Source: Armatimonadota bacterium (GTDB taxonomy: Bacteria; Armatimonadota; Fimbriimonadia; Fimbriimonadales; GBS-DC). From it: a stretch of DNA of 64,000 bases. The position numbers and the translations under genes were made by a program. The notes below the pieces were generated by a model. It searched no databases. It was given only the letters and a program-made list of their open reading frames with translations, and was not told where the DNA came from. Each line of letters starts with the position of its first letter. Positions within the stretch are counted from its first letter, which is position 1. Positions 54,531-64,000 of this stretch are shown piece after piece. Where the stretch lies: contig JBBIML010000007.1 in the NCBI GenBank assembly GCA_037444405.1, positions 64,001 through 128,000 of the forward strand, read 5' to 3'.

Positions 54531-56583
54531 CTTCGTCCAGTTCGTCAGACCAGTCGGCGCCGTCGGAGAGGTCGGCGAGCAGGTCGCCTGTGGCGGGCGG
54601 CGGCGGCAGGTCGTCGGGGATGGTGCGCACGGTCGGGCGCTGCGGGATCAGCCGCTCGAATCGGCTCAACACCTCGCCCGCAGGCGGTCGCTCAACCCGC
54701 ACCCGATTGAGCGCGTCCACCACCGCCTGATGGTTCGGCTTGCCATCGATATCGCATGTGCGGGCGATGATGTCGGCGACGGCATTGCGCGTGATAGCAG
54801 GGTCCAGCTCCTGCAGGCTGCGCCAGACCGCATCCTCCAGTGGCAGATCGGGTTCAGGCTGATAGCGCTGCAGTCCGTCCTGACCGCGCATCAGCGCGGG
54901 GCGCGGGAATCGCACAAAGATGGGCTGCGTGAAGTAGGGATGGCGCACCAGCACCTCGCCGGGCGAGAGCGCGCCCATCTTCTCCTTCACCGCAGGGCTG
55001 AAAATCTGATAGCCGGGCTGCGCCATCTCCTCCATCTCGATGCGCCCGTAGAGTGAGGTGGAGGCGTTGCCGATAATCTGCTTGTCCACCTGCGAGCGGA
55101 ACTGTTGCGCCCCGAACAGCACCAGCCCTAAGTAGCGCCCGCGCGCACAGATGTCGCGTAGCGTGCGCATCACATAGGTCTCGCTTGCATTCACTGGCGC
55201 ATAGCGATTCAACTCATCCACAATCACGATCACTGTCTCCACGCCGAGCTGCCGCCGCTCCATGCGCTCGCGCAGCTCGGCAATCACGCGCGTGAAGATC
55301 AAATCCTGCGCCTCCGCCGACAGGTTCGCCACATCGATCACATAGAGCGTGCGATCCTGGAACTGACCCCAGGGCAGGTCATACACCACATCGCTTTCGG
55401 CGACCAGCCCCGCGAAGCGCGTGGTCAGATTCACAAGGCGGTTCTGAAGCTTGCGAATGGTCTCCAGCGCGAAGCTGCGCCAGGCGCGCTTGTTCGTGCG
55501 TTCCATGTAGCATAGCACCTGATCGAACCAGCGCACCAGCTCGGTGAAGTTTGTTACACGCAGTTCGATGGGCAGCTCCATCTCGCGCATAAAGGCGGCT
55601 TCCTCTTCATCGAATCGGAATCGTCCTGGTTCGATGACGCGCTGGCGCAGAAACTGCAGAAAGGCGTCGGCTTTCACATCCACATCGTCGCGATTGAGCA
55701 GCACCTCCACATAGCGCATGACCTCCTGCAAGCCCCAGCAGAGCGGCTTAACCGTGCCGCGCAGACCGGGATTCGTGCGCAAGGTGGCGAGATTCACGCG
55801 GTCGGGCTTGAACGGCGCGTAGTACTCCACGCGCGGGAACGGCTTCGGCTCGACCCCCAGCAGCCGATAAATCTCAAGGTCTTCCTCGCTCAGTTGATGG
55901 ACGGGCGACTGATCCACAAAGAGCAGGTCGCCCCCTTTGACATTGAAACAGACCGCTGCGACGGAGCGCTGCACCTTCTGGAAAATCGCCGACACCAGGA
56001 ACTGAATGGCGCTCGTTTTGGCAGCCAGCCCGCTTGTGCCCGTTACATTCAAGTGCCCCGCTTCAGGACCCAGCAGGAAGTCGGCGTCCAGATAGACAGG
56101 CGCCTTGAGATTGCCGCTCTGATAGATGCCGATGGGGATTCGTCGCTCTTCGGGGATGGCGTCGATTCGCAGGGCAATCAGCACATCCTGCTCGGTTGCC
56201 AGGTAGACGGGTCCGATGGGCACGGGCTGGATGGGCTGTTCGGGTTCGTGGCGCAGCACGGCGGCGGTGTAGACGCGGATTTCGGGGCGCGTGGTGGGTG
56301 CGATTGCCTGCGGGTCGCCATCCGCGCCTAAATAGTCGAACATCGGGCTGGCGACATCGTTATAGCCCAGCCCCTCCACCACCACGCCCCACACGGTGCG
56401 CTGGGGCGTATGCACCACCACCAGCGTGCCGATACCAACGGGGCTATCGGGTGTCGCCCAGAAGTGGAACTGGAACGCCGTGTTCGGCTGACGCTCCGTC
56501 GCCACCACACGCCCGATCAGCTGGCGCTCCTGCCGATAGTGCCCATTGCCCACCTGCTGCCACTCTCCATAGAGGTCGGTCAT
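54514..56583 (-). CDS. herA: HerA/FtsK-family ATPase with N-terminal HAS barrel
   Basis: HLNVTGTSGLAAKTS Walker A variant, IVDELNRYAP Walker B, RGRYLG arginine finger, GAQQ. Confidence 0.82.
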   Translation of the reverse strand: MTDLYGEWQQVGNGHYRQERQLIGRVVATERQPNTAFQFHFWATPDSPVGIGTLVVVHTPQRTVWGVVVEGLGYNDVASPMFDYLGADGDPQAIAPTTRPEIRVYTAAVLRHEPEQPIQPVPIGPVYLATEQDVLIALRIDAIPEERRIPIGIYQSGNLKAPVYLDADFLLGPEAGHLNVTGTSGLAAKTSAIQFLVSAIFQKVQRSVAAVCFNVKGGDLLFVDQSPVHQLSEEDLEIYRLLGVEPKPFPRVEYYAPFKPDRVNLATLRTNPGLRGTVKPLCWGLQEVMRYVEVLLNRDDVDVKADAFLQFLRQRVIEPGRFRFDEEEAAFMREMELPIELRVTNFTELVRWFDQVLCYMERTNKRAWRSFALETIRKLQNRLVNLTTRFAGLVAESDVVYDLPWGQFQDRTLYVIDVANLSAEAQDLIFTRVIAELRERMERRQLGVETVIVIVDELNRYAPVNASETYVMRTLRDICARGRYLGLVLFGAQQFRSQVDKQIIGNASTSLYGRIEMEEMAQPGYQIFSPAVKEKMGALSPGEVLVRHPYFTQPIFVRFPRPALMRGQDGLQRYQPEPDLPLEDAVWRSLQELDPAITRNAVADIIARTCDIDGKPNHQAVVDALNRVRVERPPAGEVLSRFERLIPQRPTVRTIPDDLPPPPATGDLLADLSDGADWSDELDEDDPFR

Positions 56584-56733
56584 CAACTTACCCCCTGTAT
56601 GTGCCACCTATTATACCTGATGAACCCCCCAAATCGCAAGGGAAGCTGGAAAGTTTGTAGCCTACCTCTGAGGGATTGAAACAAAAGATCATATCCATGT
56701 ACGCCTTAAACGGTGTGAATAAGGAGGATGCAA

Positions 56734-57261
56734 ATGGCACAGATTGTGCGTGTGGAAGTGATTACCTATCGGGACAAGCAAACCCAGCAATACCTCGGCT
56801 TAGACCAGCTGGGACGCACACCGACACTTCCTGAGCGTTTCCCCATCCGCCATATCGACACGGAAGTCTACCCCAACGCCCTGATAGGAGCTATCACGCT
56901 GCACAGCCGTCGCCCTGAGCGTGTCCAGATAGAAACCCTCTGGGAGTACGGGCTGATGCCCGAGCGCACGATGAGCAGTCTTGCCAAAGTGATCAAACGC
57001 CTGCAGACCACCCACTGGGAGATTATCCCAGAATGGCGTACGATAGAGATCCCTCTGAGCGTCTCATCTGGAAAGTCGGTAAAATCTGCTCTGTCGCACG
57101 GTAAGGGCGTGGTTGCCACGCCCGTACACTATGCCTTATACACTATGCTTTATGGATGCAGTGTCCGGCGGCGTCGTGGAAGGCTTCCATCAGCGATTCC
57201 ACCAGTGTCGGGTGCGGATGGATGGTGTCCACCAGCTCATCGAGGGTCGCCTCCAGCTTGA
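56734..57261 (+). CDS. Hypothetical protein
   Basis: SD AAGGAGG; fills the herA-lpdA gap; 3' end overlaps lpdA by 119 nt. Confidence 0.45.
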   Translation: MAQIVRVEVITYRDKQTQQYLGLDQLGRTPTLPERFPIRHIDTEVYPNALIGAITLHSRRPERVQIETLWEYGLMPERTMSSLAKVIKRLQTTHWEIIPEWRTIEIPLSVSSGKSVKSALSHGKGVVATPVHYALYTMLYGCSVRRRRGRLPSAIPPVSGADGWCPPAHRGSPPA

Positions 57262-58561
57262 TGGCAAGCACCGCCTCCTGCAGCAGGTCGCTCCCATGCT
57301 CGCAGCAGAGATGCACACCGAGTATCTGCCCGTATCGAGCGTCGGCGACCACCTTCACCAGCCCTTCACGGATGCCCGCCGCCATTGCACGTCCCAAGAT
57401 TCGCGGCGGGAACCTGCCGATTCGCACCTCGTAGCCCTGCTCGCGCGCCTGCTGTTCGGTCAGCCCGACGCCCGCCACCTCCGGCACGGTGTAGACCACA
57501 TTCGGGATGGCGCGATGGTCCATTCGTCGCTCCGCCCCGAAGCAGTTCTCCGCCGCCACAATCCCCTGCATGCTGGCGACATGCGCCAGTGGCGCAATCC
57601 CCGTCAGGTCGCCAATCGCGTAGATGTTCGGGATGTTCGTGCGCATGTATTCATCGACGGCGACCCAGCGCTTGTTCATCTGGATGCCGACGGTTTCCAG
57701 CCCGATGCCCTCCACATTCGGCTTGCGTCCGACGCCGATCAGCACCACCTGCACCTCGATGCTCTGCTCGCCTTTGGGCGTTTCCACATGGCAGAGCCAG
57801 CGGTCGCCCTTGCGCTCCGCCGATTTGAGCGTACTGTTCAGGATGAACTGGATGCCCTGACGACTCAGCGCGCGCTCGGCTTCTTTAGCAACCTCTTCGT
57901 CGAAGGTGGGCAGTATCTGGGGCATAATCTCCACGACGGTGACTTTCGAGCCGAGCGCGTTGAACACATAGGCGAACTCCACGCCGACCGCGCCCGCGCC
58001 CAGAATCAGCATGCTGTCGGGCACGAAGGGTGCGTTCACGGCGTCATCGCTCGTCCACACATTCTCGCCTTCCAGCCCCGGAATGTTGAGCTTCATCACG
58101 CTGGAGCCAGTGGCGAGGATGATATTTTTCGCGCGCAGGGTCTGACGGCTGCCATCGGCGCGGGTAATCTCCAGCGTGTTCGCGTCCAGCAGTTTGCCTG
58201 TGCCCTCTATCGATTGCACGCCGTTCTTTTTGAAAAGCGTGGCGATGCCGTTGCGCAGGGTCTGCACGATTTTGTCTTTGCGCGCCTGCATCTGGGCGAA
58301 GTCGTAGCGAATGGTGCCCTCAATCTGGATGCCCATCTCGCTGGCGTGCAGCACATGCTGGTAGCGTTCGGCGTGCGCGATCATCGCCTTGCTGGGGATA
58401 CAGCCCCAGTTAAGGCATGTGCCGCCGAGAAACTCGCGCTCGATGCAGGCGACTGCGCCGCCGCGCTCTTTCGCTATCTGTGCTGCGCGGATCGCCGCCA
58501 CATAGCCGCCCGGACCCGCGCCCAGAACCGCCACATCCACATCGTAGGTTTGCGTTGCCAT
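57143..58561 (-). CDS. lpdA: Dihydrolipoamide dehydrogenase
   Basis: GAGPGGY, GGTCLNWGCIPSK, ATGS, HPHPT..E. Confidence 0.96.
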   Translation of the reverse strand: MATQTYDVDVAVLGAGPGGYVAAIRAAQIAKERGGAVACIEREFLGGTCLNWGCIPSKAMIAHAERYQHVLHASEMGIQIEGTIRYDFAQMQARKDKIVQTLRNGIATLFKKNGVQSIEGTGKLLDANTLEITRADGSRQTLRAKNIILATGSSVMKLNIPGLEGENVWTSDDAVNAPFVPDSMLILGAGAVGVEFAYVFNALGSKVTVVEIMPQILPTFDEEVAKEAERALSRQGIQFILNSTLKSAERKGDRWLCHVETPKGEQSIEVQVVLIGVGRKPNVEGIGLETVGIQMNKRWVAVDEYMRTNIPNIYAIGDLTGIAPLAHVASMQGIVAAENCFGAERRMDHRAIPNVVYTVPEVAGVGLTEQQAREQGYEVRIGRFPPRILGRAMAAGIREGLVKVVADARYGQILGVHLCCEHGSDLLQEAVLAIKLEATLDELVDTIHPHPTLVESLMEAFHDAAGHCIHKA

Positions 58562-58665
58562 CAGTGTCCTCCGTCCTGCCTGTGTTAGCCTGTCGGGAAT
58601 TGTACCCGATAGGGCGCCCATCAGGTAAACTTCTGACGCTGCCGATAATAGGAAAGGGCTGAACG

Positions 58666-59994
58666 ATGCGAATCGCGATTGCTGGTGCGGGCTATGTGGG
58701 GCTGGTTACGGGCGCGGTGTTCGCCGACCTGGGGAACGAGGTCATCTGCGTCGATGTGGACGCCCGCAAGGTGGAACTGATCCGCAAAGGTATACCGCCT
58801 ATCTACGAGCCGGGTCTGGAGGAGCTGCTCCAGCGCAATCTGGAAGAGGAGCGGCTCACGGCGACCACCGATCTGGAATCGGCGGTGCGCGAGTCGGAGA
58901 TTATCTTTATCACGGTGGGCACGCCGCCCCGCGAAGACGGCGAACCCGACCTGTGCCATGTGATCGAGGTGGCGCAGACCATCGGGCGTGCCCTCAACGG
59001 CTACAAGATTATCGTGAACAAGTCCACCGTGCCCGTCGGTACTGGCGACCTGGTGCGCCGCATGATTGAAGCTTATCGCGTGGAGCCGCACGAGTTCGAT
59101 GTGGTCTCCAATCCCGAATTTTTGCGCGAAGGCTCCGCCGTCCACGACACGCTCTACCCCGACCGTATCGTGATTGGCGCGGACAACCCGCGCGCGGCGA
59201 TGAAGATTGTGGAGCTGTACGCGCCGCTGGAGCGCCCGATGCTTATCACCAATCTGGCGACCGCCGAGATTATCAAATACGCCTCCAACACCTTCCTCGC
59301 GCTCAAAATCTCCTTTATTAATGCGATTGCCGATCTGTGCGAGCGTACGGGCGCGGATGTGGTGCAGGTGGCGAAGGCGATGGGCGCCGATTCGCGGATC
59401 GGGCACGCCTTTTTGCAGGCGGGGCTGGGCTTCGGCGGCTCCTGCTTCCCCAAAGATGTGCAGGCGTTCGCCCACACCATGAAGCGCTACGGGCTGGACG
59501 CCACCCTGTTCGAGACCGTACTGACCATCAACGAGCAGCGCCCGGTGCAGTTCGTGGCGCGGATACGCGAGCGACTGGGCACACTGCAGGGGCGCGTGAT
59601 CGGACTGCTGGGGCTGGCGTTCAAGCCCAACACCGACGACATCCGCGAGGCGCGCTCGCTGGAGATTATCCGACTCCTGCTGCAGGAAGGCGCGACCATC
59701 AAGGCGTACGACCCCGCCGCGATGCCCCGAGTGCAGGCGATTTATCCCCAGATCACCTACTGCCGCAACGCCTACGAGGTTGCCGAAGGCGCTGACGCCC
59801 TCGCGCTGGTCACCGAGTGGAACGAGTTCAAACAGCTCAATATGGAGCGCATCCGCTCGCTGATGCGTGCGCCCAATCTGTTCGACGGGCGCAATCTCTA
59901 TGACCCGTGCCGCATGCAGAAGCTGGGCTTCTTCTACTATGGCGTCGGGCGCGGCGCGGATAACAGCACGCATGAACCTGACGCCTTTGCATAA
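58666..59994 (+). CDS. ugd: UDP-glucose 6-dehydrogenase
   Basis: GAGYVGL, KSTVPVG, SNPEFLREG, GFGGSCFPKD, FKPNTDD.R. Confidence 0.95.
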   Translation: MRIAIAGAGYVGLVTGAVFADLGNEVICVDVDARKVELIRKGIPPIYEPGLEELLQRNLEEERLTATTDLESAVRESEIIFITVGTPPREDGEPDLCHVIEVAQTIGRALNGYKIIVNKSTVPVGTGDLVRRMIEAYRVEPHEFDVVSNPEFLREGSAVHDTLYPDRIVIGADNPRAAMKIVELYAPLERPMLITNLATAEIIKYASNTFLALKISFINAIADLCERTGADVVQVAKAMGADSRIGHAFLQAGLGFGGSCFPKDVQAFAHTMKRYGLDATLFETVLTINEQRPVQFVARIRERLGTLQGRVIGLLGLAFKPNTDDIREARSLEIIRLLLQEGATIKAYDPAAMPRVQAIYPQITYCRNAYEVAEGADALALVTEWNEFKQLNMERIRSLMRAPNLFDGRNLYDPCRMQKLGFFYYGVGRGADNSTHEPDAFA

Positions 59995-60011
59995 GGTACA
60001 ATCGCCATGCT

Positions 60012-61364
60012 ATGGCGCATGTGACGGTTGTCGGGGGCGGGTTTGCTGGCGTGGAGGCGGCATGGGCGGCAGCGCGGCAGGGCGTGCGCGTGCGCCTCTA
60101 TGAGATGCGCCCGCAAAAGATGACCCCTGCACACAAAACGGGCTGGCTCGCCGAACTGGTCTGCTCCAATTCGTTCAAATCGATGCTGCCCACCACGCCG
60201 TCGGGTCAGCTCAAGTGGGAGATGGAGCAGCTCGGCTCGATCGTGATCCCGACGGCGCGCGAGTTCGCGGTGCCCGCGGGCGAGGCGTTAGCCGTCGAGC
60301 GCGAGCCATTCGCGCAAGCCATCACCGCCCGCCTGGAGAGCCACCCGCTGATCGAGATTATCCGTGAGGAAGTGACCACCATCCCTCACGACCGCCCGTT
60401 GATCATCGCGACGGGACCGCTCACCTCCGAGCCGTTGGCAGATGCGATTGCCCGCCTCACCGGACGCAAACATCTCTACTTCTACGATGCGGTCGCACCG
60501 ATTGTGGACGCCAGCACGATAGACTATGAGCGGGTGTTTTTCGGCAGTCGGCGCGAGAAGGGCGACCCTGCCTATATCAACTGCCCCTTCACCCGTGAAG
60601 AGTACGAACGATTCTGGGAAGCGCTGGTGTCGGCGGAGCGCGCGCCGTTGCACGATTTTGAGCAACCGCGCTTCTTTGAGGGCTGCGTGCCGATTGAGGA
60701 GCTGGCGGAGCGCGGCAAAGACACGCTGCGCTTCGGTCCGCTGAAACCCGTCGGGCTGATCGACCCACGCACGGGCAAACGCCCCTACGCCGTGCTGCAA
60801 CTGCGCCCGGAGAACAACGAGCGCACGCTCTACAGCCTCGTGGCGTGCCAGACGCGCCTGAAGTGGGGCGAGCAGAAGCGCGTGTTCCGACTGGTGCCCG
60901 GTCTGGAGAACGCCGAGTTCGTCCGCTACGGCGTGGTGCATCGCAACACCTATCTCGATTCGCCGCGCCTGCTGATGCCCACCCTGCAGTTTCGCGAGGA
61001 CACCCGCCTCTTCTTCGCGGGTCAGCTGGTGGGCGTGGAGGGCTACATTGAGTCGGCGGCGTCGGGCATCATCGCGGGGCTGAACGCGGCACGGCTGCTC
61101 AAAGGCAAGCCGCCGCTGACGCCCCCACGCGAGATGGTGATTGGCTCCCTCCTGCACTATATCGCGACCTATCCGCACCCCGATTTTCCGCCGATGAACG
61201 CGAACTGGGGGCTGTTGCCAGAGCCAGATGATGCGCCGCGCGACCGCGAGCAGCGCCGTGCCCTCAAACTCGAACGCGCCCGCGTCGCGACCGAAGTGTT
61301 TGTGCGAATCATCGGGGATTCAGCAGCACGCGCAGCCACGCCGACAGCCGAATCAGCGCGATGA
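60012..61364 (+). CDS. trmFO: tRNA m5U54 methyltransferase (FAD/folate-dependent)
   Basis: GGGFAGVEAA, AELVCSNS, ATGPLT, FEGC.PIE, HRNTY, GVEGY.ES. Confidence 0.96.
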   Translation: MAHVTVVGGGFAGVEAAWAAARQGVRVRLYEMRPQKMTPAHKTGWLAELVCSNSFKSMLPTTPSGQLKWEMEQLGSIVIPTAREFAVPAGEALAVEREPFAQAITARLESHPLIEIIREEVTTIPHDRPLIIATGPLTSEPLADAIARLTGRKHLYFYDAVAPIVDASTIDYERVFFGSRREKGDPAYINCPFTREEYERFWEALVSAERAPLHDFEQPRFFEGCVPIEELAERGKDTLRFGPLKPVGLIDPRTGKRPYAVLQLRPENNERTLYSLVACQTRLKWGEQKRVFRLVPGLENAEFVRYGVVHRNTYLDSPRLLMPTLQFREDTRLFFAGQLVGVEGYIESAASGIIAGLNAARLLKGKPPLTPPREMVIGSLLHYIATYPHPDFPPMNANWGLLPEPDDAPRDREQRRALKLERARVATEVFVRIIGDSAARAATPTAESAR

Positions 61365-62190
61365 TCAGCGCGTACAGGGGCAGCGGCAGTCGCCGGCGAT
61401 AGTGCTTCGCGTAGAACCGTTCCAGCGCGCGGTGCGACTCTAAAATCGCCGCGCGACGCACCTGGCGCGTGCTGGCGCCCCCATGATGCAGAATCACCAC
61501 CTCGGGCACGAACCAGATCTGCCAGCCCGCCTGCCAGATTCGATAGCACCAGTCCACATCGTTGAAAAAGAGCGGGAACGACTCGTCCATCAGCCCCACC
61601 TGCTCAATTACTGCACGCCGCACCATCAGAAAAGTGCCCATCGGCTGATCGACGGGGCTTGCGCGGTCGTAGTGGAACCAGCGCATGCGATAGGCGGCGA
61701 GCAGGCGCGAGCGGGGAAAGAGTCGCGCCAGCCCCAGCACTTCAAACAACAGGTTGCGCGGGGTCGGGAAGCCACGCACGGATGGCTGAACCTGCCCGTC
61801 GGGCAGGAGCTGTTTCGCCCCGATCGCGCCCACCTCGGGATGCGCGCGCAGGAAGCGCAACGCAGTCGGCAAAGTGCCCGCCTGAACCTCCGTGTCGGGG
61901 TTCAGAAGCAGAATGAACTCGCCCTGCGCCCGCCTCATTGCCTGATTGTTGCCCGCCGCATAGCCCCGATTCTCGGCATTCGCGATCAGCACCACCTGCG
62001 GGAACTCCGCCTGAACCATCGCCGCACTGCCATCGCTGGACGCATTATCCACCACAATCACCTCGAACGGCTCATCGGGGGGATGCTGATAAATGGAGCG
62101 CAGGCAGGCACGCAGCAGCTCGCGCGTGTTCCAGTTCACGATGCAGATGCTGAGCGCAACGGGCAGGCGACCCCGACTCTCTGCTGGCAT
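61309..62190 (-). CDS. GT2 glycosyltransferase (WbbL/rhamnosyltransferase-like)
   Basis: IVNWNT, VDNASSDGS, LLNPD, DVDWC, HHGGAS. Confidence 0.92.
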   Translation of the reverse strand: MPAESRGRLPVALSICIVNWNTRELLRACLRSIYQHPPDEPFEVIVVDNASSDGSAAMVQAEFPQVVLIANAENRGYAAGNNQAMRRAQGEFILLLNPDTEVQAGTLPTALRFLRAHPEVGAIGAKQLLPDGQVQPSVRGFPTPRNLLFEVLGLARLFPRSRLLAAYRMRWFHYDRASPVDQPMGTFLMVRRAVIEQVGLMDESFPLFFNDVDWCYRIWQAGWQIWFVPEVVILHHGGASTRQVRRAAILESHRALERFYAKHYRRRLPLPLYALIIALIRLSAWLRVLLNPR

Positions 62191-62377
62191 TAATAGCAGC
62201 ATACCTTCGATGCGTGAAGCGGGTGTACTTGCGTCGATGGGATGAAGCCGATTCGCCTCTCCGTCCACGCAAGCGAAGTGTCGGAAGAACTTCGCCTATA
62301 ATGCAGAGTGGAACGGCAAGTTCTATAACACAAAGCAGGTGCGCCCAATCTTTGTGGAAGAAGCGAACGAGAGTAGC

Positions 62378-63274
62378 TCATAAGGAAGCCTGCTCGCTGC
62401 CGCCAACGGGCTGACCGCCAGCCTCGATAATCTGGCGGTTGCCCGGCAGTTGCTCCAGTCGATGCGCCAGCACCGACACCGTGCGCTGATGCGCTATGAG
62501 TTCACAGCACAGTTGCACGATGTAGCCGTCGGGGCGGGCTTCGATCACGAACACGCTCTCACTCAGATAGGCGATCAGCGCGTCGCGATAGCGACTGTTC
62601 GAGGCGACCCAGCCGTCGCGCGGGCGGAACGGACTGATCGCCAGCGCATGGGCGGGGTCGAACTCAGTGCGCCAGATTCGCGCCTGACGCAACGGCTCCC
62701 GACGCAGGTCATCGCCGAACGCGCTCAATAGTCCCCGATCCAGCACCAGCCCATAGGGATGATCCGCCCGTAGCGCACAGAGCAACGCCCGCTGATAGGC
62801 AGGCTGGTTGAGGCTTGTGAGGGGCACCCAGCCGTTTTGCAGAAACGCCTGCGCCACCTGCTCCAGCTCGGTCAGCCCCTCCGCTGAAACGGTGTGCGAC
62901 GCCAGCAGGGCGACCGTCGGCTCGCTCAACAGCGCGTAGTTGCCATAAAGGAACAGGATAGCGGGCGGATCGGGCATGCTTTCGAGCTGGCGCGGATATG
63001 CCGCATCCTGAAAGCTGAACCAGCGCACGCCACAGCGCGTGAGGGACGCCTCCAGCCGTTCGGTTTCCTGAACCAGCGCGGCGCGGTTCTCCTGCAGAGC
63101 GCGAATGGCGCGTGAGGGCAGGCGATAGTCGTGCTGAAGAGTCTCCGCTGGCGCCCGCAGAATCTCTTCGGGCGTCACCCGCCACACCGACTGCCGCTCC
63201 AGCAGATAGCGCAAAGTCTGCCGCCCCACATCGGGCAACAAACTCAAAAAGAGCAGCCATTGACGCTCTGACAT
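62378..63274 (-). CDS. dprA: Divergent DprA/Smf-family protein
   Basis: YPRQL..MPDPP..LF..GN, ISPF, R..LIA.LS..V.VIEA, GN..IIE.G. Confidence 0.7.
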   Translation of the reverse strand: MSERQWLLFLSLLPDVGRQTLRYLLERQSVWRVTPEEILRAPAETLQHDYRLPSRAIRALQENRAALVQETERLEASLTRCGVRWFSFQDAAYPRQLESMPDPPAILFLYGNYALLSEPTVALLASHTVSAEGLTELEQVAQAFLQNGWVPLTSLNQPAYQRALLCALRADHPYGLVLDRGLLSAFGDDLRREPLRQARIWRTEFDPAHALAISPFRPRDGWVASNSRYRDALIAYLSESVFVIEARPDGYIVQLCCELIAHQRTVSVLAHRLEQLPGNRQIIEAGGQPVGGSEQASL

Positions 63275-63289
63275 CTATTGATCAGCACC

Positions 63290-63646
63290 TCACAAAGGGA
63301 GCCATATCACTCTGTTTTCGAGTTCTTCGGGAAAGCCGGCTACAAGTAGTAGCTCCAGATCAGAAATTGCGCGTCCAATCGGCAAATCCTGCGGCACGAC
63401 GACCACACCTGGTACAAATAGCCCCTGCTGTAGACGCTCAAATACCAGAGGGGGTATGGAAACCTTATCGTGGGTCAGGAGGATTCGCCCCTCAGTGGCA
63501 GCACGCTCCAAGATGCCTTCATCAGGTTCCTCTGCCAGACCCAGTTCCTGCGCCGTGACAACATCTAAGTTTCTAAGCCGACGGAGCAGTCCCTGCACGA
63601 TGAGTCGATTGAAGTTTGTGTCCACCATGACCTTGATAGTTCTCAT
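63290..63646 (-). CDS. DUF5615 PIN-like toxin
   Basis: VDTN, DV..AQE.GL...PDEGILE.A..EGRILLTHD. Confidence 0.85.
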   Translation of the reverse strand: MRTIKVMVDTNFNRLIVQGLLRRLRNLDVVTAQELGLAEEPDEGILERAATEGRILLTHDKVSIPPLVFERLQQGLFVPGVVVVPQDLPIGRAISDLELLLVAGFPEELENRVIWLPL

Positions 63647-64000
63647 TCCTTCGCTTTGTCTGACTGTTGCTGGGTTTGGAGCCGTCGATAGCGTTTGAGC
63701 AGTCGCTGGCGCAGGTTGCGGGCAGGATGGAGCATCGCCCACTGCCTTCGGTTCTCTTCTCCCACTCGCTCCATCACCTCCAGATAAGCGTCCAGCACTT
63801 CGCGATTATGCAAATAGCATGTTACAATTGTGTACACATCTTCCAGCTGAAGTGTGGGATATTGCATGGCAATCTCTTCGGGCGTGTATCCCTGCTGGAA
63901 GGCTATCAACACCGTCTCCAGCGGGATTCGTGTGCGCCCGACTCGAATTATGCCGCGTTCATCAACTCGGAGCGGCAGTGATGGTGTAGTTAACTGTTCC
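63643..64000 (-). CDS. DUF433 antitoxin (start just beyond the window edge)
   Basis: Frame open to the edge: EQLTTPSLPLRVDERGIIRVGRTRIPLETVL...GYTPEEIA.QYPTL. Confidence 0.85.
   Translation of the reverse strand, partial: EQLTTPSLPLRVDERGIIRVGRTRIPLETVLIAFQQGYTPEEIAMQYPTLQLEDVYTIVTCYLHNREVLDAYLEVMERVGEENRRQWAMLHPARNLRQRLLKRYRRLQTQQQSDKAKE

Overview
High-GC, very compact bacterial chromosome segment. It is probably a thermophilic Armatimonadota (Fimbriimonadia-like) lineage; this is inferred from gene content (DUF1559/H-X9-DG-type protein, LptD-like and PQQ-propeller envelope proteins alongside Terrabacteria-type rpsU-HDIG-ybeY-dgkA synteny and Thermus-like PolX/HerA), not from a database match. 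The window holds the 5' part of a 16S rRNA gene with tandem promoters, tRNA-Ser(UGA), about 55 mostly housekeeping CDS (thiE, gltX, argF, fliQR, trpF, prfB with +1 frameshift, trxA, speE, rpsF-ssb-rpsR, polX, alr, herA, lpdA, ugd, trmFO), an AT-rich sigma-factor cassette next to a MITE, several families of REP-like palindromes, and a DUF433/PIN toxin-antitoxin pair at the right edge. No CRISPR array, prophage or intact transposase was seen. The best leads are: (1) a 92-nt rod-shaped leader RNA with an 18-codon uORF in front of an orphan HhH-type protein; (2) an AT-rich sigma factor + Cys-rich secreted protein + LolA-like protein cassette; (3) a promoter-to-terminator ~70-nt sRNA carrying an anti-SD motif; (4) a tandem catalytically dead Doc/Fic protein; (5) a 4-PDZ HtrA paired with a trypsin pseudoprotease. 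All product calls come from reading motifs by eye; no searches were run.
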